DNA of 64,000 nucleotides from Octopus sinensis (lineage: Eukaryota). Every line of letters begins with the position of its first letter. The stretch's first letter is position 1. The notes beneath the pieces were generated by a model. The model did no database searches and was not told where the DNA came from. It was given only the letters and a program-made list of their open reading frames with translations. The stretch is taken from assembly GCF_006345805.1 (NCBI RefSeq), contig NC_043008.1, positions 78,368,001 to 78,432,000 on the forward strand. The letters are read 5' to 3'. A program made the translations under genes and the position numbers. This document shows positions 23,543-35,800 of this stretch, piece after piece.

Positions 23543-24805
23543 GAAAACTTATTTTGCTGGGTATGATGGAAAGTGTCAACTGTCCACGGCCAGCAGACTA
23601 AGGTGACACTTGTTTACTCGTCTGCGAAGATTTGTTGCAGTTCCAAACAATACTAATTTTTGTAGGTATTCTAGCTTTACATTTGTACCAAACGATTCGA
23701 GCCATGCTGGAGTTGAGTGCTGATACATCCAAGTGTGCCAATAACTATTGGCATCACGTCTACTCTCTTCATTGACCACAAACTTCGTATTTTCTACTTC
23801 AAATTGTCATAGTTGTTTATTTTTCTTCTTTCTCTTTGATCATGTTGTCACCGTGACATGCTATGTCGATTATCATGCATGTTCTTTCTTTTTTATTCAA
23901 TACAAGAATGTCTGGGTCCGATGTCTGGCCAGATGATCGCACTGAATCATTGCATCCCACAGGATTTTGTAATTTTCATTCTCGGTGACTCCTTCTGGGG
24001 TTTGCTCATACCATGTCTTTGCTCTTTGTAGGTTGTGATTTTCAGGGTTCCCAATGGATCATTCTTGCCACATTGTTATGTCGTCTATTGTATTTGAGTT
24101 GTGCCAATTTCGGTCATTCGCAACCGATCCGACATGCTGTTTCACCCCACTCACCACATATTCTGCGTTTGTCGCTCTCGGTAGTGTTGTCGATTCTTCA
24201 CTTCACATAGTTATTCCTTAAAGCTTATTCTTCAGCTGCGCACATCCTCCTCATCCATAGTTACCAGTCTTCTGTATCTGTCTTGGCGTTTGCTTCTCTT
24301 GCAAACTGACTGCACATTTTTTCCTTCAATTTCTTTTTGTTTCTTTTTGTTTTTTTTTGTTTTTTCCCTCTTTAAATTTTTTCTTTCTTTACAAAATTCA
24401 CAGTTTAATGATGCCAGTTTTCTTCGCATATTTCAAAAATGGTTCCACAGCATTTTTGTACATAACTCCCCAGGCTCATCTGCTTCGATACAAACCTGGC
24501 AACTGATCAAACCTCTCCCAACCTTTCTTCTAGTAAGTACAGACTATCGGTATCACTCTTAGGATGGAAGGCCCGTGTATTGTCAATATTTGTTTTGTTT
24601 TGTTTTTTTCGTAGCCATTTTCATTAGTACTTTCCTTTGCCATTTTATAATTCAAGCTCTATACCGAAGTGATGCTATCGCCCATGTATTAACTGCTTGG
24701 ATTTTATTCCATCCTATCTATATTGAGCGCAACACCAACCTTACTCTTCAGACATATTCCATCCTCAATTGCTCTTTCATTTCCTTCTCTATTATCTCGT
24801 TGAGC

Positions 24806-24806
<1 letters not shown>
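23541..24806 (-). mobile_element. R4/Dong LINE 3' portion (RT thumb, Zn region, REL) between (TTA)n tracts
   Basis: GWNKIQAVNTWAIASLRY, HPKSDTD.LYL, TWYEQTPEGVTENENYKILWD, CMIIDIAC, EYLQKLVLFGTA. Confidence 0.88.
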
Positions 24807-24870
<64 letters not shown>

Positions 24871-24871
<1 letters not shown>

Positions 24872-25425
24872 GAGTGAGAGGGCAGTACATGCCATTAATG
24901 TGACACTTGGGTAACATATACGAAGCCGAGTATACCCATCATGACTACCCGTCCGATTAAGGTACACCAGGCACATGCATCACGACCATATGTGCGTGAC
25001 AAGGTTATCTCATATCAAGATAAACTGTACATGACTTCGCATGTGGGGCCCAGTTTGAATTTTTTTCAGGTTGAGTAGCCGATTCCGCTCAAAAGGTACC
25101 TGAATAAAGGTTTTTGTGGAGGTTGAACAAAACCCCATGTTTCCTGAGGTGAATTATCCAAACCCTAAATAATTCCTCTCAACACATGGCTATGATGCTC
25201 CCCCACTACTTCTGCTCGTGATCAGAGATGCACACATAGTCAGCCACTTAGGGAAATGCTCAACTAGTTAAGGTCAAACAACTGACAAGCAAATTTGTGG
25301 TATTGAGCAGAATATTTGCTGTAGAACATGTTTTATACCAAGACAAAACAAAGTGCATGATAACACTTCCAATCAGTTAAGATGAAAAGCCATGAAAGCC
25401 ACTGCCTGGTACTGCATCAGGGCAT
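24871..25425 (-). mobile_element. Non-coding (TAA)n-embedded ~560-bp element, full copy
   Basis: Sense runs gccctgatgcagtaccaggcag...ctctcactcaataataa; long (TTA)n on both sides; no long ORF. Confidence 0.92.
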
Positions 25426-25428
25426 TTA

Positions 25429-25492
<64 letters not shown>

Positions 25493-25559
25493 TATTATTA
25501 TAATATTTTAGCTTGATTTCGAGGCATTTAATTATTAGCCAGGCCTGTACTTGAAACCT

Positions 25560-25935
25560 AATGCTAGTAACGATAGCAGTCTTTTAGCCTCGTGAAAATT
25601 TGATTTTCCAGGTATTTTATCAACGACGGTTGAAGACCCTTTTTTAAACTAGTGCCTAGTACTCCTACTACTTCCGGTAGAGTAACTGTTTTCAGTTTTC
25701 ACAACTTACTGATTTTTTTTCTGTATTCTAGAATGTAACTAACTTTTCGAATTTTTCGACTGAGACATTTTGATCAACTGGCATTGTCATATCTATTTCA
25801 CAGCAAGCATTTTGTCAATGATTTTTTATAATAATATCAGGTATATCTGTCAGCATGCATGGTAAAGCCACACAAAATAGTAACTCTCTTACTCTCTGAG
25901 ACAGTTTTCAGGCTATGTTCATACCAGTTTTTAGG
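25560..25935 (-). mobile_element. R4/Dong REL-domain fragment
   Basis: EIDMTMPVDQNVSVEKFEKL..KLKTVTLP.VVG.LG; homologous to 26382-26720. Confidence 0.8.
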
Positions 25936-25942
25936 AATGTGA

Positions 25943-26227
25943 ATGTACTGGGATAGCTTATTAGTCCATATGCAGATAACAGCACTAGACATGAAGAAAA
26001 GGAACATTCTTTAGATCAGTGAATGTGGCATATTTGGACAGCATTTAGCAATCAGCTGGAAGTGTAGACGTTATAGCAGCAGCATTGTCACCGATATGTG
26101 AGCTGGGGTTCACTTCAGATCTATAAAGATTTAGTTACGAAGCAGGATGAAATTATTTCAGCCCTTACATCGACGCGGTTTTTAGGATATATATATTGGG
26201 GTTATGACTTCTTGATTTTTTTGGAAG
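25943..26227. repeat. Unclassified dispersed repeat, copy 2 (see 14719-15014)
   Basis: Colinear homology; same right boundary ttggaag. Confidence 0.85.
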
Positions 26228-26229
26228 TA

Positions 26230-27110
26230 AATAATTTCCTGTATCAAAAGTCGATGAACAATTTCCTATAAGTAGGGAAAATAACCTTGATTTTAAGTTG
26301 TTTTAAAAAAAAACGTCGTTCTCAACTGAAGAAATCTAACACCACTTTTGATCTAAATTAAGAGATGAATTTTTGCGGTAATTTTAGCCTCGTGCAAATT
26401 TGATTTTCCAGGTATTTTATCAACGAAGGTTGAAGACCCTTTTTAAACCATGTCTAGTGCTCCTACTACTACCAGTAGAGTAACTGTCTTCAATTTGTTG
26501 ATTTCTTTCTCTAGATCCTAGAATGTAGCTAAATTTTCGAATTTTTTTACTGAGACACTTCGATCAATTGGCATTTTCATATCTATTTGATAGCAAGCAT
26601 TTTGTCAATGATCTTTGATAATAATACCAGGTGTATTGGGCTTTATCTGTCTGTCAGCACCACAAAATTGTAACTCAACTACCCTCTGAGTTTTCGGGTG
26701 GTGTTCAGTTTTTAAGAAGAGGGATATCAAAATGACGGCAGTTGTTCCAACGTAGATACTGCCCTATTCGGTCATGTCTGGTTTTTGTACTCAGTTATTG
26801 TGAGTTTAGAGGAGACAGCTACAATGTGATCGATAATTTCCATAATATTATCACATAGTCTACAGTTTGGATCAACACCATTGTGGAGAATGTTTGTTTG
26901 GTAGTTTATTGTGGGTAGAAATTGATCCAGAACTGCCATTACAAAACCTTCGAATTCTTCCTTTAGACCGAAACTAGCGAGTTCTTTATCTATATCTGTT
27001 TCCTTTATTCGTTTGGGATACTGACCATGGAGAGGTTTATCCTGTCATTTGTTTATAAGCTTTTTCAGTTATTCATTTTTTAGCGCTTTGTTTGTCTAAT
27101 GCTTCTCCTC
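26230..27110 (-). mobile_element. R4/Dong LINE 3' fragment (CCHC, REL, 3' UTR)
   Basis: GFVMAVLDQFLPTINYQ..DPNCRLC..IDHIV..RHDRIGQYL; REL segment homologous to 25560-25935. Confidence 0.82.
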
Positions 27111-27789
27111 AAAAGATAATGAAGATGAAGCAGAGTACAAAGAACTGAGTATCATTGTTCTTTGAAAATCAAAGAGACAACTTATAGATAAAATCTCGAG
27201 TGCTGTCATAGAATTGCTGATAAAAATAACAGTAAACATGCTAAACAAAGATTGCACTATCTACTGTACCTTTAAAACTGAAAATGCATCCAAAACACTG
27301 CTAAAATTGTCGGGCATATTTCTGAATATACAGTTATGCTCCATTATATGGGTTGAAGAAACACAAGATGCACGATAAGACAATGGACAAAATGTAAAAG
27401 CATGGGTGTAGTGAGTTTTGTGTCATAGTATGGGAGAATGATCAAAGCAAACTTAAGAAAAGGTAATCTGTGGCTGGAGGTTGGGATAATGCCCCACAAA
27501 GACTATAGCACAAAGCAGAACCATAGTCAGAAGACACCGAGGTAAAAAGTCATGAGATTGATGATTCAAGATATAAAAGTAAATACCACCATAGAGCTGA
27601 ATATAACCACAACAAATAGATAACAAGCATTGGGTCCTGAGGCATCTCTAACTAAAACTCGAGGTATTGCAAAGAAAATACTTTTAGGTCCAATATTATA
27701 AATAGATGAACAAAAACCCCATTCACTAACAATATTAACAATTTTATCATATGAGAAAGAAATAATTACAAACAAGAATCCATAAAAAT

Positions 27790-27958
27790 TCCTAGATCAC
27801 TACCAAGATTTCATCATCTGTTCCTTGTGTCATTACCAACTTTTCCTGCAAGTTTCATCAAATACCGTTCACAACTTTTGGAGTTATTTTACACACATAC
27901 GGACAGACGGACAAACCAACGCCGATGAAAACATAACCTCCATCCTTGGAGGAGGTAA
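27790..27958 (+). mobile_element. End of a non-autonomous Helitron/Helentron-like short element
   Basis: gacagac-type repeats, then aaaacataACCTCCatccttggaGGAGGTaa terminal hairpin. Confidence 0.5.
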
Positions 27959-28439
27959 TGAAATTCCCAAGGAAATGTGAGGGGAAAATCTCAGGAAAAA
28001 AAAACAGAATAAAACAACAAAAAGAGAGTAATAGGAATAATTTCTTCTAAATGAAAATTAAATCCCTCTACAGGAATACAACAAAGAAAATTCAGAGGAA
28101 AAAGATGAACGCAGACTCACCGTTCTCACTGATAATATTATCAAACAACCAATTGACAAAATTACATCTTTTAATGACATATAAACAGTTAGGTTCAGAA
28201 TATAAACTACATACATCAAATAGGTTGCTAGTAAAATTAAAATTAAAATGAAGACATCATATCAAACTTTATAAAAAGAACACTCTCATTGGAAGTGTTC
28301 TGCGAATTGTTTACTGGTTCATTTAATTACACTCGAGCGCAATTTGATAAATGGTTCAATGAACTCAATCTAACCAGGAAATTTTTTTTATTCTTATGTC
28401 TTATTCTCTAACATATATATGAGAAATTAAAAAAGGAAA

Positions 28440-31200
28440 ATACGCACACTTACATAGTTTTAATATAATTTTTAATATATCGACCGGTTTCGCTATCACT
28501 ATTCATGATATTATGTTTTACTTGTTTGAAGATGTATTTTTTCTTAAGAAGAAATTTTGTCCATGTTGTGTGTGATGAAATTCACGAGTGAATGACTTCA
28601 CAAGTAGATAAATAAAGGGAGGTAATTGGTTATCGTTATTATTGTTGTTGTGGGTAAGTGAGATAATTGTTCAGCTTTCGGTAATGAGAGGGGAATATAT
28701 ATGTGAACAGACAGACAAGTTTCGAAAACCTTGTTTAGTGAAGGGATTTATGTACAGTGATGTAATCGTGAATTGAAATATGTAAAAAGATAAAAATTGG
28801 TTATGCGTGCATATTAAGACATGTTCTATATTTTTCAATGAAAAGAGTTTCCTTATTTAAACGTTCTAGTGGAGGGATTGTGTCTTTGCACAGGTAGAAG
28901 GGGAAGACTGGGAAATTTGGTTTCATGTTATCTGCACATTTTCTTCTCTTTAACTCATGCCACCCGAAACACATCAAAATAAACATCCCTTTCAATTTAG
29001 CAAAAAGGATTTGCACAATAGTGTCTGCTAGAACAACTCGGGACCTTCGTCTTCAAGACCTCAAAACAACGCTTATTGAAAGACAATATTCACCCTCACT
29101 TATCAACGAGGGAATTAAACGTGCCAAACAATTAGACACAAAAACACTAAGAACAACAAAACAACACCACACCTAAACTCAAAACATTAATATTTATATC
29201 AACACACAACCCCAGAAACAGTGAGACATTTAACACTATTGTGCAAGATCTTCCTTTACTAACTAAGGATCCAAAAATGAACGACATCTTGAAAACTCAT
29301 CAAATGTAAAATGCAAGACAAATCGCAAAAGAGACGACTAACAAATGCGAAGCTTTACAAAACAACCACGAAACCAACGGTTGAAAAATGTGGACGCCCA
29401 AACTGTGGAACCTGCCCCAACATGCTTGAAGGCTCGGGTTTCCTTTTCAAAGAAGGACAGAGGTTCACAATTAAAACTAGTTTCACTTGTGCCTCTGAGA
29501 ACCTAATTTATGCTTGTGAACGTCCATCCTGAACTTTATCTGGATACTCATTGGGATTCTTTTCAATCCAATTATGCCGAATTAAATCATTATCATTTTT
29601 ATTTTCAGTAAGCATAGGGTTTTCTGACTTCCCATTACCATTTTTATTTTCAAAAAAATATTCCTTCAGCTTGTGACGACCGACAAACTGAAAGAGATAG
29701 TATATTCTTGTAGAAATCCTAGTACTTACGTAGAAACTCAGTCCAAGCGCAAGGACAGAGACATCGTCGGGTGAAAGTTTTAGTGTAGATAACGTTATGA
29801 CCTACTTATTCTCTAGTGTGATGGATTTTCTTGGGCAAGTGGTTTTCAGAGTTTTACTCTCATTAGATTCCTAATTACCTTCTGGGCTTTGCTCGAAATT
29901 TTCACTTAAAATATGGAACCTACTGGGTGATAAAAATTGTTCTGAAAGTTCATGTGAGAAATCATAATTTTTAGTCGTCTTTCTAGGAGTAATCCACTTT
30001 TGGGTGGGTGATGGAAGATAGAGGATTGAAAATCCTCTACTTTCGGGAAAGGAACAAATTTATTACTTTCAAGGCAAAATCTTATATATGTTCGCTTTTT
30101 TGACTGATCAAATAAAAACTTCTCAGAAGCGTTTCCAATGACCAGTTCAGATGCGTACACCAGGGGAAAAAGGCCAAAATTATATGCACCAACTTGGGGA
30201 TTAGTAATATGAACTTTTTGAACTCGAGGAATTATGTTTGTTTGTGGTGAGTACAGCATTGTTATTTGTGTTATTAGTTCAAACTCACTGTCATAAATAT
30301 AAACAACTCCGAAAAAATTAGTCGACCAAACAAAATACTTGGTGCCGGTGAGATGAATGAACAATTTGCGGTGTGGATTGTATGTTAGAAATTCCGTGTG
30401 AGGAAAAATGGTTGAAATTTTAGGAAAATTTTCCGCTATGATTTTTCAACTCGGCGTCAATAAGTTTCTCACATAACATTTGTCCCGAAAGTAAAAACGA
30501 CTTCTCCTCATATTTCAAAGCAAATCTTCTCAACCAAAATGTTTCCTTGCCAACTGGCCAAGAGGAAATCAGCCTTTTCAGCTTCTTCTCCTTTTTGGTC
30601 TTCGAGACAGAAATTTCCGTTTTTTCAAAGTTCATCAAAGAATTACACAAATAGTTCAAACAATTTTTAAAAGAACACACTTATTCAAGGGCACTCAACA
30701 TCTACTTAATGTCTGCACCAAGCAACACTAATTTTGAACGATAGTGTTCAATAATAGCTTCCATTATATGAAATGAGTTGCTCTCACCAATCAGCTTAAA
30801 CTTTTGAAGCAATGTATCGTCAAGCTGTACTGCAGACATTGGTATATATGATATAAGACCGCTCGGTATAACTTTTTCTTGCTTGCATGTTTCCAGAAAT
30901 GATAAATGGCTTTTGATTTTAGCACGAAAGCGATTAAGATTTTTAACTGATAGAAATGTCGATTTCTTATTTTCTGATTTTTATTTGAATGGTACAAAAT
31001 CCATTGGCCCAGAATTGTGCTCAACACTAGGGTCTAGCGAAATAAACAGGGCTGACAAGCCAAATGTAAGAAGGAAAAGCTGTAATTTACATTACGATTT
31101 TCCTTAGAAACCCGATTGTTTTGGCAATTTCCAGAATTTCTAAATGTTCCAATACTTATTCGCTGTAACATAAAATCAATCAACTCAATCTATTTGGTTT
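28440..31200 (-). mobile_element. Penelope-like retroelement remnant with RT core missing and an internal inversion (28930-29520 on +)
   Basis: Minus N-terminus VITLSTLKLSPDDVSVLALGLSF..KLKEYFF; plus-strand thumb/linker SCHPKHIKINIPFNLAKRICTIV..KCGRPNCGTC..FTCASENLIYA; minus GIY-YIG end VFPFYLC..RLNKETLFIEKYR.CLN. Confidence 0.8.
28474..28513 (-). ncRNA. Degenerate minimal hammerhead ribozyme motif
   Basis: Sense aatatc-atga-atagtgatagc-GAAA-ccgg-TC-gatat: GAAA, palindromic helix III, UC cleavage doublet and stem I present; CUGAUGA core truncated. Confidence 0.5.
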
Positions 31201-31429
31201 TGATATTTTAAAAAAAATTGACGTAACTCTTCACAAAAGTAAATAAACGATATAAAAAGCGGGATGCGATTGAAAAGGATATTTTATTGGTTTCGACAGC
31301 AGGTCTGTTTTTATCGAGTTCAAAATGAAAAGTAATACAAAATTCAAAATTATAGAAATTCAAATCCAAAATATGAACTAGAGCAAGTATCCACACATTG
31401 ATGGAATGACATCAAAAGTGCGCTAGATT

Positions 31430-32770
31430 CTTCAAGGAGAAAAAGATGTTCAAAAATAACCACAAAAATGTTTTACAGGAAGATAGGAAAAATACCAGTT
31501 ATAGTAAAGTCTATCCCATCAAAAGAAGAAGTACAGGAATTTGGGAATAAAATTTGAACAGAAGAAATCACACAGTGAAAACGCCCCTTAGATTACTAGA
31601 AAATCTTAGACTCAAGGTAGAGGATGTAAGATCTGCTCTCAGAAAGTCAAGCAAATGGAAGTCTCCAGGAAATGATAAAATTCCTAACTTCTGATTGAAC
31701 GCCTACCCAGAGAGTCATAAACTTCAAACACATATTTACAACAATGTTTTGCAACAACCTAGTAGGTTCCCTCTTGGCTAGTTAATGGTGTTACATTCCA
31801 ACTTCCAAAAAATGAATAAACTAATGAACCAAAAAATTATAGACCCATAACTAGCTTAACAACAATGTATAAAATACTAACATCTGTCTTGACTGAATAT
31901 ACCTATAGTTTTTAATAGAAAGTGGCATATTCCCTAATGAGCAAAAAGGATGTAAATGTGGGTCCTATGGTTGTAAAGATCAGCTACTCATCAATAAGAT
32001 GATCTTGGAAGATTGTCACAAACGACACAAAAACTTGTCGAAAGCCTGGATAGACTATAAAAAGCTTTTGATAGTCTACTACATAACTGGATTAAGAAAT
32101 GTCTGTAAATGTATAAAATAGCACCAACTCTGCGAAACTTCTTGTCTGTAAGTATGAGATCATGGAGAACCACACTGACTTTGAACAGAGACAATGTATC
32201 TCTTAATGCTTGAGATGTAAGAACCTCATGTGGAATTTTCCAGGATGACTCTCTATCACTACTCCTCTTTTGTTTAGCCTTAATACCTCTCTCGAAATTG
32301 CTCAATGATGTACAATGCGGTTATAAAATGTATGATAAAAATATAAATAATCTTATTTACATGGATGATTTAAAACTCTTTGCAAAAAATGACCAACAGC
32401 TACAGGGCTTACTAGTGACTGTTAAACAATTCAGTGATGACATCAGGATGCAATTTCGCCACGATAAATGTGCAAAAGCTACCTTAATAAAAAGAAAAAT
32501 GACAGAAACATCTAACCTTGACCAGCAGAATGTTATAAAGGAGTTAGAACCGGCAGAGAACTACAAATACCTAGGGGTATTTGAAGGGGACAGAATCAAA
32601 CATTCAGTGATGTGGGAAAGGATCAGAAGAGAAGGTTATCGCAGGATAAGAGCAATACTCGAGACAGAGCTGAATGCAAGAAACAGGATCGAAGCGATCA
32701 ATTTTTCTAGCCATACCAGTCGTGACTTACAGTTTCAATATCATTAAGTGGTCAATTACTGAAATACTTA
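31430..32770 (+). mobile_element. R4/Dong LINE RT domain (decayed)
   Basis: WKSPGNDKIPNF, NYRPIT.LTTMYKIL, EQKGCK.GSYGCKDQLLINK, AWIDYKK, GIFQ.DSLS.LLFCLAL, LIYMDDLKLFA, YKYLG. Confidence 0.92.
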
Positions 32771-32837
32771 TAGTAAATACTGCACAGAATTTGAGAAGAG
32801 TTTTTAACGTCTTTCAATGATGGCAGGTGAATCAAAC

Positions 32838-32938
32838 GTACTGTACCCTTATCAGGCATGTAGTCATGATGGGTATATTGGGCTTCGTATATTTGTATCC
32901 CAGTGTCTCTTTGATGACATGCATTGCTCTCTCACTCA
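32838..32938 (+). mobile_element. 3' 100 bp of the ~560-bp non-coding element, followed by (TAA)n
   Basis: Reverse complement of 24871-24970; tail (aat)n 32938-33003. Confidence 0.9.
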
Positions 32939-32953
32939 ATAATAATAATAATA

Positions 32954-32991
<38 letters not shown>

Positions 32992-33329
32992 CAACAATAA
33001 TAATGAGACAGACAAAATAAACTCTATCTTATTCATTTCTCTTCTTTTCTCTAACTGCGGAGCTCAAAGTACAGCTTTGATGTCAAGCGCAGGATAGCAC
33101 ACTATTTTAAAGGTAGAGGGAGCTTTTTGAGACTTTAAAGGCGAACCCTTCTAGAGACGGTGTCTCAATAAAAATACTGGTGGTTGAAATACCTTATCCC
33201 TACTTTCCTCAGTATGAAAGTATTGCATAAAATAATTAATTTAAACAACAGCACAGCGTAAATGAGGATGGAACTCCAGGTGACGGATTCACGCCTGAAC
33301 AGGATAGTCTAAGGCGAAGAATATAGCTG

Positions 33330-33600
33330 TCATGGAATCTTATTTTTTTATCTTTTTTCTTGAGCAGACACGTTGATGGTGAAGAGAGGCCCATAAGAAG
33401 ATATAAAAAGAGAATTATGATATCTGGATGGAGATGCAATGCTTGAAATTTACAGTACAGAGATTATGTGACCAGATAAGTATGATAAAGAAGAGCGGAT
33501 GGTTAAAAGCATTAAAGCTTGATGGGATTAAGAAGAGAAAGACGATTGAAAACAAAGTGAGTGAAGATGAATTAGCTGCAGCGAATATTGATATGATTTT
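33330..33600 (+). mobile_element. R4/Dong N-terminal fragment
   Basis: IWMEMQCLKFTVQRLCDQISMIKKSGWL. Confidence 0.7.
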
Positions 33601-33639
33601 GATTTTGATTTTTCTAGTTTCAGCTAATGAGCTGTGGCC

Positions 33640-34400
33640 ATGCTGGGGCACCGCCATTTGGTTTGCTACACGGTTTTACTTCACGGATGCTTTTTAGCAA
33701 ACGCCATCTGATGCATGAGAGAGTTTGATGCAGCTGCCCTCATCTGCACCTCCTGCCGTGAAGTTGGTTCATCCGGGACACCTGACAGGAAGAGATCCAG
33801 TCCTACTTTAAAGACATCCGCATCTACACCATGCAGGTCCCTCAGGTTCTTCGGGAGGATATTGAAGAGCCGTGGGCCTCTGAAGCCCAGGCTATCACAA
33901 TATCTTGTCCTACATCTTGATGGCAAATTTGGAGTCCTTGGTACTACGCAGTGGCGTCCGGTTCTGGCATTTGTGTGACTCTCGATGCCAAAGTCTGGGA
34001 CAAGACCTTCCAGGATCTTCCAGATATATATTATGGCATATCTTTCTCGCCTACGCTCCAGGGAATAGAGCTTTAATCTCTTGAGTCTCTCCCAGTAGCT
34101 CATATGCTGCACAGAGGCTATCTTCTTCGTGTAGCTTCGTTGGATCGCCTCAAGTTCTGTGATCAACTTGACACTGGATGGTGACCGTAGCTGAGAGCAA
34201 TAGTCAAAGTGGCTTAGGACAATTGTCTTCCAGAGGACCATCATGGTTTCTTGTTCTCTTGTTCTAAAGGTTCTAAGAATCCATCCAGCCAGCCGTCTAC
34301 ATTTCATTGTCAGTTTAGCAACATGTACATGAAAGGTCGCGTCATCACTCATGTGAATACCCAGGTCACGCACTGATTGTGCCTCTGGTTGTATTGAATG
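33640..34400 (-). mobile_element. CR1/L2-group LINE 3' end, 230-aa frame still open
   Basis: RDLGIHMS..ILRTF..ELEAIQRSYTK..SYWERLKRLKLYSLERRRERY..AAASNSL; tail atggcggtgccccagcatggcc. Confidence 0.9.
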
Positions 34401-34429
34401 AAGTTGTTCACGAGAATGATGTTGGTTTA

Positions 34430-35800
34430 ATTCTTGAGAATGCCAAGATTTTAAGCGATGAAGTCAGAGGAATGACCAAAGATATCCAAAGGTGTCGTTG
34501 AGAAAATTATAAATGTGGAAGTAAAGGATTTTAAAAAAGTGGATAGAATTTGCTCAGAAGGTGAACTTGGAAAGTGAATAAAATACTGAAATCATGTCTT
34601 GAATCATACTGTAAAAGAGAATATGTAGCATAAGAGCTTTGGTGGAAAAGGAGGATAGGAAGTAACTATGAAAACATATCAATAATCTGCAGAGATGGAA
34701 GCAACGTAAAATAAGGAAGAAGGAGAAATATCTGGAGTTAGAACGTAGATATAGGGTCGTGAAAAAGGGGTTAAATGTAGTTCTTAAATAGCTGAAACAA
34801 ATTGTAGCTAAAGCTACAAAAATTAAGAGAGGTATGATCAAAGAATTGCACAATATAAAATCAATAGAGTGTTCCAACGGGATCAGAAAAAGTTTTATAA
34901 GCAGCTAAACAGAAACGTTAACCGTGGGAAACTTGATGCTGAAGAAAGTAGGATGTTTTGGAGTAATATCTGAGTTAACGGAAAGAGCCATAAGAAAGAT
35001 GCTGAATATTTGAAGAAATTAAGATCGGAGAAAAATGGAGTGAAACAGAATGCTATAAGAGTAACACCTGAATTGGTGAACGAGTAGACAATAAAGGTTC
35101 TAAACTGGAAATTCCCGAGCCCGGACGGGGTATAAGTGTACTGGCGGAAAACTTTCCCAGCATCACACGAAAGATTAGATATGCAAATTGATAAAGTGGT
35201 CAGTAACAGAGTGGAAATCCAGAAGTGGATGACTAAAGGGAAAACCGTTATTTGCCAAAAGAACCCTGGTAAAAGTAATGCAGTGGATAATTACCAGCCA
35301 ATATCCTATTTACGCCTGATATGGAAGTTGATGAGAGAAATATCTATTTGTATGCATGACTTCCTTGAAATGAATACAAGCTGGATATTACAATTCCCAG
35401 TGATTCAGTGACTGTTGTTCTGGAACCAGACATTATTGTAGTTAACAAAATGTTGAAGGAGACCAAGATCATAGATATTGCCATATCTGTGGTGTACGAG
35501 TGGATGACCAAAAACTGGAAAACATTGAAAAACACCTGCCAGCCAGCAAAAGACACAATGGCACGAATGTGAGCAATAAGAAAAGTAAGTCATCCAAGTA
35601 GTTTTGGGGACACTGGGAACAACAACTTGGTTTATGAAATTTGCTGGTGAAATTGGGAGTAACGTGAGGGTAGAACATGCTTTACTGTGGACAGCGAGGA
35701 TTTTGACACTGGTAATTGGATGATAAATATCGTGGAAACAGACCCTGTATGCTGGAGCAAGTGAAATCGAGAGCTTTGAGAAGTGAAATATGGAGTAACA
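34430..35800 (+). mobile_element. R4/Dong LINE with internal deletion of the RT core; (GAT)n tail
   Basis: RVFQRDQKKFYKQL, NWKFPSPDGV.VYW, DNYQPIS, then jumps to PDIIVVNK..TKIIDIAI. Confidence 0.82.

Noticed and set aside
29906-31027. Three minus-strand ORFs as a novel gene cluster
   Set aside because: Better explained as frameshifted pieces of the Penelope N-terminal region contiguous with the LSLKLS..LGLSF motif.
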